From Fidelibacterota bacterium (GTDB lineage Bacteria; Fidelibacterota; Marinisomatia; Marinisomatales; TCS55): DNA of 13,744 nucleotides. Location: assembly GCA_046861385.1 (NCBI GenBank), contig JBHHTW010000043.1, positions 1 through 13,744 of the forward strand, given 5' to 3'. The notes beneath the pieces are model-generated. The model saw only the letters and a program-made list of their open reading frames with translations. It searched no databases and was not told the origin of the DNA. Of this stretch, positions 8,307 to 13,744 are shown piece after piece. Numbering within the stretch: the stretch's first letter is position 1; the number at the start of each line of letters is the position of its first letter. The position numbers were made by a program, and so were the translations under genes.

Positions 8307-8587
8307 TATTTAAGTAAAACCAATTTTCTCACAGATGAGTAATTATCAGTTTTTAATAGATAAAAGTATATTCCCGGGCTAACCAATTTCCCGTAACGGT
8401 TTTTGCTATTCCAAATAACGCTGTAAAATCCGGCAGTTTGAGTTTTATTTACTAATTGAGTGACTTCCTGTCCAAGTAAATTGTAAATAACCAAAAAAAC
8501 CTGCGTCTCTTCAGGGAGATCATACTGAATATTCGTTGTGGGATTAAAAGGGTTCGGGAAATTTTGGTGCAATGCATATTCCTCCGG
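8306..8587 (-). other. C-terminal secretion/sorting domain (T9SS type A / FlgD-Ig)
   Basis: PEEYALHQNFPNPFNPTTNIQYDLP...IYNLLGQEV...WNSKN..G..VSPGIYFYLL...RKLVLLK-stop. Confidence 0.9.
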
Positions 8588-11500
8588 CACTGGCGCAAAT
8601 GTATTAAATTTATAAGTCCCGGATACGATTTCTTTAGTACCGCCTTTTCTATTTCGAATATCTGCCTGCCAAATCAGACCGGATTCTATTTCTTTGAGTC
8701 CAATAAAACTGATAGTTAAAGGGCTTCCGGTAATAGATCGAACATTTTTTTCCAAATCTGCTATATTTATTGTAATACGTCCATTCCGTTCATCATTATG
8801 GCTTAAAATAACCCAGGAGTTATCAATACTAGAAGATAAGTGAATAAATTTTACGTCAGACGTATCATATTGAATCTTGAATTCCATGGCTCCAACATTT
8901 ATGAAATCCTGTACATTTAAAGTGATTTTCAATTGCTTTTGTCCGCTCTCTGAATGGGTATAGTCAGTATTGAGAGTCAAACGTTCATGATTTGAATGAA
9001 CCGTTTTTGCGAGGTTTTCTCCGCCGCCATAGTCAAATCCTGCGGTCCAGTTCCACATTTGGATAAATACCATTAAATCTTCAAAATCAAACTTGTTATC
9101 CGGTAAAAATTGAAAGTAGGGTGGTATTCCGATAGTGGGACCAACTTCGTCCGTAATAGTCAGTGAATCAGACAACCAGAATTGCTGAAAACTTAATAAG
9201 TCAGCAAAATTAACTCCGCCAGAATTATCGAAGTCCCCTAATAGATTAATTGGAATGGTATAATGGGTACTATCACCGGTACTATCGGGGTCGTCGTTTC
9301 CATTGCCGTCAAATGGATTCCCGTATATATCCGTCACGTTGGGAGTCAGTTCAATATCAAGCGAGTCCCCGGCCAACCATCCCGTTGCGTTTTTAATGGT
9401 TACCATATAAGAACTCATATCATAGTCCAACTGATAGCCTTCATAAATTCCATGTCTTGAAGATAATAAAAGTCCATCCAAGAGGGATGCAAAATCAATC
9501 TCCTTATTAAATGTAAATCTTACAGGATCAAAACAGTAGTTCGCCAATTCTACATTCACAATATTAGGTAAAAATTGATTATCCAAATTTAGGCTTAATG
9601 TATCGCCAACTCCATATTGCCAGCCATCATTTAATCCAAAGGCTACCTGAACTTCCCCATCGAAATTCAATAAATCTTGCTGGGAATTCCACTTAATTGT
9701 ATCAAAATACATTGTTGAATCTGCAATCGTCCATATTTCGAAACCATTCCAGGTAAAACCACTATCTATTGAAAAAGATAATGATAAATCATAATGATCG
9801 TACGTCGTATCAATAATAACATATGGAAATTGAATTTGATTGGAATACTCATCCAATTCCTGATCCGGATTGATGATGACGGTTCCAACAAAATTATCTA
9901 TATTCATAGGATCACTGACAAATATGGATGTATCAAATTGATCAAATGCTTCAATTTTTAAATAAACATCGTGTAAATCTGTTTCACCCAAATCTTCTTC
10001 ACTGATCCAAGTGAAATTCAGCGTGTCGATAATTGAAGAAGAATTATTTTCCAATATATCCGTCAGAGTTGGAATACTCCAATTAAGCCTGTCAGTTGAA
10101 AAATAAAACCCGTAGTTAATCGAATCGTTTTCAACATCTTCAACCAAAAACTGCAATTGGATATTTCCGTGTGATTCCTGTGACAGATCAATTAAAGATG
10201 TCATTTCAGGTGGACTGTTTACCGCAAGAGCCATGATTGTATCAGATGGTGCACTTATATTTCCGACAGTATCCATAGCAGTCACATAATAATAATATAT
10301 TATATCTCTGTAAATATCGGTATCGATAAAAATTGTATCGGGAGAAAAAACTTCGGCAATAATCGCATCGTCTGGAGCATCAATCCCCCTGTGGATTAAA
10401 TATTTCTCCAAGTCGGGTTCAATGTTACTTGACCACGTAATTGTAATCTGTTTTGGAGCCGTATTCGATACTACATTCATCGGCAGGATTGGGGGGATTG
10501 TATCAATACCCAAACCGGTGAGTACCACTTTTTTTACTTGGTCTTCCAAATCAACGTCATCATTGTAAATGTAAAGAGTATCAATGATTATTTTTGGACG
10601 GTTTGGTTTTAAAGTAATAGTCAGTGTTATGCTATCTACAGCACTCAAACTCACAGAGGTATCACTTATGGCGAATTCATCGCTAATATCCATATCCAAT
10701 ATATTCAATGGCTGATTTCCCTTACTCCAAATGGTAAATGGCAACGTGTCTATGGAATCAACCTGAATACTTCCAAAATTCAAAATATCATCTGATACCA
10801 CGATATGGCGCAAATGGGGAATTGCGCTAACAACAGAAGATGATTTTCCTTTGTTATTCAGAGTATCTACCGGTGTTAAATAATAATAATATTCGACGTC
10901 ATGGATTGCATCATAATCCGTGAATGTGGTATCAGGATAATATACTTCTGCTATCACTGAATCTGAAACTGATTCAATACCACGATGGACTAAATATTTA
11001 TAAATGTCCTTATCTACACTGCTTATCCAGTTTAATATAACCACCTTCGAAAATGGAACAGCATTAATATCAGCCGGCGAGTGGGGACCAATTGTATCGA
11101 TCCCGGTTGCGGATAGATAGATGAACTTCAATTGATCTTCTTCATCAAGATCATTGTTTTTTATTGCAATAGTATCATGTTCAGTCTTAATACGTGTCGC
11201 ATGAAAACTAATCTTTAACATTATTGAATCATTTGGTGATAATACAAATGAACTATCCGATAATGTAAAAGAGGGGTTACTGTTTTTAATATTAAATACG
11301 GATAACGGAAAGTTTCCATAATTATTAATGGTAATCATTTCAGTACTCACAGAATCAATTTGAACCTGTCCAATATCTAAGGATGTTTTTGACAACCCGA
11401 TATTTTTTGAATATTTTTTATCAGTCACATAAAGCTGAGAAACGGACAGCTTGCCCGTCCCGAAATATCCATCCCCAGAACGATAAACTGGATCGGCCAG

Positions 11501-13744
11501 ATGTATTTCCGGTATTGTATCAGAATCATTATTGAAATTACTTCTAACAAGAAAAAGCATGGAATCACCCAACGTAAAACCTGGCAATCCGTACGTTTCA
11601 TCCTTTTCCCACGCGGTGATCTGCAGTTGTGCAAATCCGCCTAGGGATGAAGTTATTGGCGGTATATCCTGTGTTATCTGAACATCGCCAAATATGGTAC
11701 CATTATAACCATTTCCTGTAAGGTCTTCGACAATTGATATTTCATCATTCTCAATGCGCCAATATCCAATCAAGTTGTTTGAATTTGTGGAAATAATTGA
11801 ATTCATATTATCTTGTATTTGACTTTCGCTACGTTCAATATTCCACAGCCTTACTTCATCAATGCTCCCAGAAAAAGAGTATTGATTTCTATCAAAAGAA
11901 TCTATTCCGATATATAAGTGGTCTTCTGAATACGTTGGATGACCCGATTGATTAATCGTATTATCTAAAATACCATTAACAAATAATTTTATTTCAGAAT
12001 TATTCCACGAAATAGCTACATGTGTCCATTGATCAATTTGAGCTGTCTGGTTACTTGTTCCATGAACTCCACCAGAATTCATCTGATATCCGAGAACACC
12101 ATTGCTTTGAATACAAGCAGCAAAAGCGTTTTCATCGTCCATTGAATAGGAAAAAAACCAATGGTCACTATTTAACAGTGATGGATTAACCCATGCTTCC
12201 ATAGTCCCAGAAGTTGAGTTAAACATTAGCTCGGGAACACCACAATCAATAAAATCATGATTTCCGTCGACAACAATTGCTCCTGGTTTATCATTCAAAA
12301 TATTATCTTTTACGACACCGACTCCTACACAAAAATCATTATCAAAAACGCCTACCTCATCTCCTATATCGAGATGTGAGTCGTAAAATGTTGCAAGGCT
12401 GTCAATAATAATATGATAAGGTAAACCCGTTGGAGAAACAGGCTGAAAGAATCCGTCATAACCGACCCCTCGTGCATAAACGTAATGGTTTGAACCATTT
12501 CCAGCATTATCTGAAGTAATCTGGAACTTTGCTGTGCTCATTCCCTTGGATGAAGGAATAAACGTTATGGGAAAATTGGCTAACGAACCTGGATTGATAT
12601 TAACAGGCGAAAAGTCGACGTTAAAATCCGGCGAAGTTGATACAATTGAATTGATGGATAGGGGTGAATTTCCATCATTTATTATATAAAGGTCTAATGT
12701 CAGGGAACCCCCCACAATTGTAGGATCAAATGTCAAATTCGGCGATGGAAGTTTTAATTGACTTTGATGTAATGGTAAACCCAGTCCTTCAAGATTAATT
12801 TTGAGAGGAGAATTCACAGGATCATTATAATGGATGGTCATTGATTCTGTGTAGTACTCGGCTTCGATCGGCTGGAAGAATACCTGCAAAAGTTTTGAAG
12901 AATCCGGTGAAATTGAAAATGCAGACTGATTTGTGAAAAATACACCTGAGCTAAACCGTATATCATGAATATTTAGTGTCGCATTCCCTTCATTGGAAAT
13001 TACTATTTCTTGTGATTTATCATTATTGATGGGTGATGTCCCAAATACAATTTTATCATCAGATGTTTTAATTGACGAGAATAAACCGGTTGATCCGGAT
13101 AACGAAACAACCGATAGGGGTTCGTACCCAAATAATCCATTTCCTGCATCATAGGTTGATATTAAATCGACTTCTCTGTTATCATCATAGCGATAACCCC
13201 AGAATTTGTATGAAATGGAATCATCTATTGAAAAACCCGGTAAATTAAAACCCTCATCTTTTTGCCAGGCAACCATCTGAATCTTCTCTAATAGTCCTTT
13301 AACACCTACTCCTACGCATAAAGAATCAGCAAAAACACCAATTTCTTCTCCATAATTTAATTCCAGGTGATCCACCATTATGGAATCAATTATGATTGTA
13401 TATGGTAGTCCTGTGGGTTGAACCGTTTTAAAATATCCATCGTAACCTATTCCGTAGAGATCGATCCAATTTTGAGTCACATTTGGAGCATTATGGGAAA
13501 AATACATCGTTGTTGAATATAAACCTTTTCCATCCGGGACAAATTCTACGGGTATAGATATTAATCCTCCCGGTTCGAGAGAAAATGTATTCAATCCGAC
13601 GCTAAAATGATAATCATTTGAATATATATCCCAAACATCCAATGTATCGTTACCTGTATTTTGTACGAACCAGTCAGCTTTTATTGTATCTCCATGAGCC
13701 ATTTCACCCAAATACATTGTATTGGAATATCCGGTCATTTCGGG
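8306..13744 (-). CDS. Large modular secreted/surface protein with C-terminal T9SS type A (FlgD-Ig-like) sorting domain; 5'-partial
   Basis: The frame stays open to the window edge (CCC GAA precede the ATG at 13738) and no signal peptide is present, so the start lies outside. Visible order: 3 ASH/choice-of-anchor-D Ig domains interleaved with 2 PTGLPY-type domains (the second with a LamG insert), 2 x (ASH + FN3), 2 further Ig-like repeats, a Big_5-like domain, dockerin-like, cohesin-like and the C-terminal sorting domain. Confidence 0.9.
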   Translation of the reverse strand, partial: PEMTGYSNTMYLGEMAHGDTIKADWFVQNTGNDTLDVWDIYSNDYHFSVGLNTFSLEPGGLISIPVEFVPDGKGLYSTTMYFSHNAPNVTQNWIDLYGIGYDGYFKTVQPTGLPYTIIIDSIMVDHLELNYGEEIGVFADSLCVGVGVKGLLEKIQMVAWQKDEGFNLPGFSIDDSISYKFWGYRYDDNREVDLISTYDAGNGLFGYEPLSVVSLSGSTGLFSSIKTSDDKIVFGTSPINNDKSQEIVISNEGNATLNIHDIRFSSGVFFTNQSAFSISPDSSKLLQVFFQPIEAEYYTESMTIHYNDPVNSPLKINLEGLGLPLHQSQLKLPSPNLTFDPTIVGGSLTLDLYIINDGNSPLSINSIVSTSPDFNVDFSPVNINPGSLANFPITFIPSSKGMSTAKFQITSDNAGNGSNHYVYARGVGYDGFFQPVSPTGLPYHIIIDSLATFYDSHLDIGDEVGVFDNDFCVGVGVVKDNILNDKPGAIVVDGNHDFIDCGVPELMFNSTSGTMEAWVNPSLLNSDHWFFSYSMDDENAFAACIQSNGVLGYQMNSGGVHGTSNQTAQIDQWTHVAISWNNSEIKLFVNGILDNTINQSGHPTYSEDHLYIGIDSFDRNQYSFSGSIDEVRLWNIERSESQIQDNMNSIISTNSNNLIGYWRIENDEISIVEDLTGNGYNGTIFGDVQITQDIPPITSSLGGFAQLQITAWEKDETYGLPGFTLGDSMLFLVRSNFNNDSDTIPEIHLADPVYRSGDGYFGTGKLSVSQLYVTDKKYSKNIGLSKTSLDIGQVQIDSVSTEMITINNYGNFPLSVFNIKNSNPSFTLSDSSFVLSPNDSIMLKISFHATRIKTEHDTIAIKNNDLDEEDQLKFIYLSATGIDTIGPHSPADINAVPFSKVVILNWISSVDKDIYKYLVHRGIESVSDSVIAEVYYPDTTFTDYDAIHDVEYYYYLTPVDTLNNKGKSSSVVSAIPHLRHIVVSDDILNFGSIQVDSIDTLPFTIWSKGNQPLNILDMDISDEFAISDTSVSLSAVDSITLTITLKPNRPKIIIDTLYIYNDDVDLEDQVKKVVLTGLGIDTIPPILPMNVVSNTAPKQITITWSSNIEPDLEKYLIHRGIDAPDDAIIAEVFSPDTIFIDTDIYRDIIYYYYVTAMDTVGNISAPSDTIMALAVNSPPEMTSLIDLSQESHGNIQLQFLVEDVENDSINYGFYFSTDRLNWSIPTLTDILENNSSSIIDTLNFTWISEEDLGETDLHDVYLKIEAFDQFDTSIFVSDPMNIDNFVGTVIINPDQELDEYSNQIQFPYVIIDTTYDHYDLSLSFSIDSGFTWNGFEIWTIADSTMYFDTIKWNSQQDLLNFDGEVQVAFGLNDGWQYGVGDTLSLNLDNQFLPNIVNVELANYCFDPVRFTFNKEIDFASLLDGLLLSSRHGIYEGYQLDYDMSSYMVTIKNATGWLAGDSLDIELTPNVTDIYGNPFDGNGNDDPDSTGDSTHYTIPINLLGDFDNSGGVNFADLLSFQQFWLSDSLTITDEVGPTIGIPPYFQFLPDNKFDFEDLMVFIQMWNWTAGFDYGGGENLAKTVHSNHERLTLNTDYTHSESGQKQLKITLNVQDFINVGAMEFKIQYDTSDVKFIHLSSSIDNSWVILSHNDERNGRITINIADLEKNVRSITGSPLTISFIGLKEIESGLIWQADIRNRKGGTKEIVSGTYKFNTFAPVPEEYALHQNFPNPFNPTTNIQYDLPEETQVFLVIYNLLGQEVTQLVNKTQTAGFYSVIWNSKNRYGKLVSPGIYFYLLKTDNYSSVRKLVLLK
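8600..8935 (-). other. Cohesin-like beta-sandwich domain
   Basis: ITLNV...VGAMEFKIQYDTSDVKF...NGRITINIAD...GSPLTISF matches the cohesin pattern (G-x-x-F-x-I-x-YD ... G-x-I-x-I ... L-x-I-x-F). Boundaries are approximate. Confidence 0.6.
9047..9238 (-). other. Dockerin-like duplicated Ca-binding loop-helix module
   Basis: GDFDNSGGVNFADLLSFQQFW and a second segment PDNKFDFEDLMVFIQMW (aa 1501-1564). Confidence 0.6.
10220..11407 (-). repeat. Intragenic tandem duplication of an ASH-Ig + fibronectin type III unit (~198 aa period)
   Basis: NNDLDEEDQLK..LSATGIDTIGP..W..D..KYLVHRGI..IAEVYYPDTTF.D..YYYYLTPVDT versus NDDVDLEDQVK..LTGLGIDTIPP..W..D..KYLIHRGI..IAEVFSPDTIF.D..YYYYVTAMDT. The IDT motifs lie at aa 880 and 1078. 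Confidence 0.9.
11642..12310 (-). other. LamG / concanavalin-A-like (Laminin_G_3/pentraxin-type) domain
   Basis: DGNHDFI, TMEAWVNP, QWTHVAISWN..IKLFVNG, LYIG, FSGSIDEVRLWNIERSESQI, NLIGYWRI and DLTGNGYNGTI. Confidence 0.85.

Noticed and set aside
9263-9460. 65-aa plus-strand ORF
   Set aside because: Antisense to the large gene, with no supporting features.
11425-11634. 69-aa alternative-frame ORF starting near the LamG insertion junction
   Set aside because: The main frame is intact and homologous to repeat copy 1 here. The alternative peptide has a TTG start and no recognisable features.
11642-12310. Intein or other self-splicing element as the explanation for the in-frame insert
   Set aside because: No Cys/Ser start with a His-Asn end followed by Cys/Ser/Thr, and no homing-endonuclease motifs. 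The insert reads as a LamG fold.
13736-13738. ATG at 13738 as the true start of the large gene
   Set aside because: The frame is open to the window edge, no signal peptide follows, and the ATG falls at the start of an Ig-like repeat.

Overview
AT-rich bacterial window in which every real gene lies on the minus strand. In transcription order (right to left): a 5'-truncated, >1810-aa modular secreted protein with a PNPFNP-type C-terminal sorting domain (T9SS type A/FlgD-Ig), a 154-bp spacer, then a tightly coupled housekeeping operon (PorX-like REC-PglZ regulator, tsaE, tsaB, rimI, accD, surE, guaA), a 123-bp structured spacer and glmS. The gene set suggests an FCB-group bacterium; a Marinimicrobia-like lineage is my inference. 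No RNA genes, CRISPR arrays or mobile elements were seen. Most notable: (i) a 223-aa LamG domain inserted inside one of two copies of a repeated domain in the giant protein, (ii) strong enrichment of the Bacteroidota O-glycosylation sequon D-(S/T)-(A/I/L/V/M/T) in that protein but not in the insert or the cytoplasmic proteins, (iii) an in-cis dockerin-like plus cohesin-like pair before the sorting domain, (iv) a guaA-glmS spacer with heptamer repeats, a G-U-rich hairpin, a promoter-like element and a 48-codon uORF, and (v) an orphan PorX heading an operon with t6A and nucleotide-metabolism genes. Domain calls come from motif recognition by eye; no searches were run.
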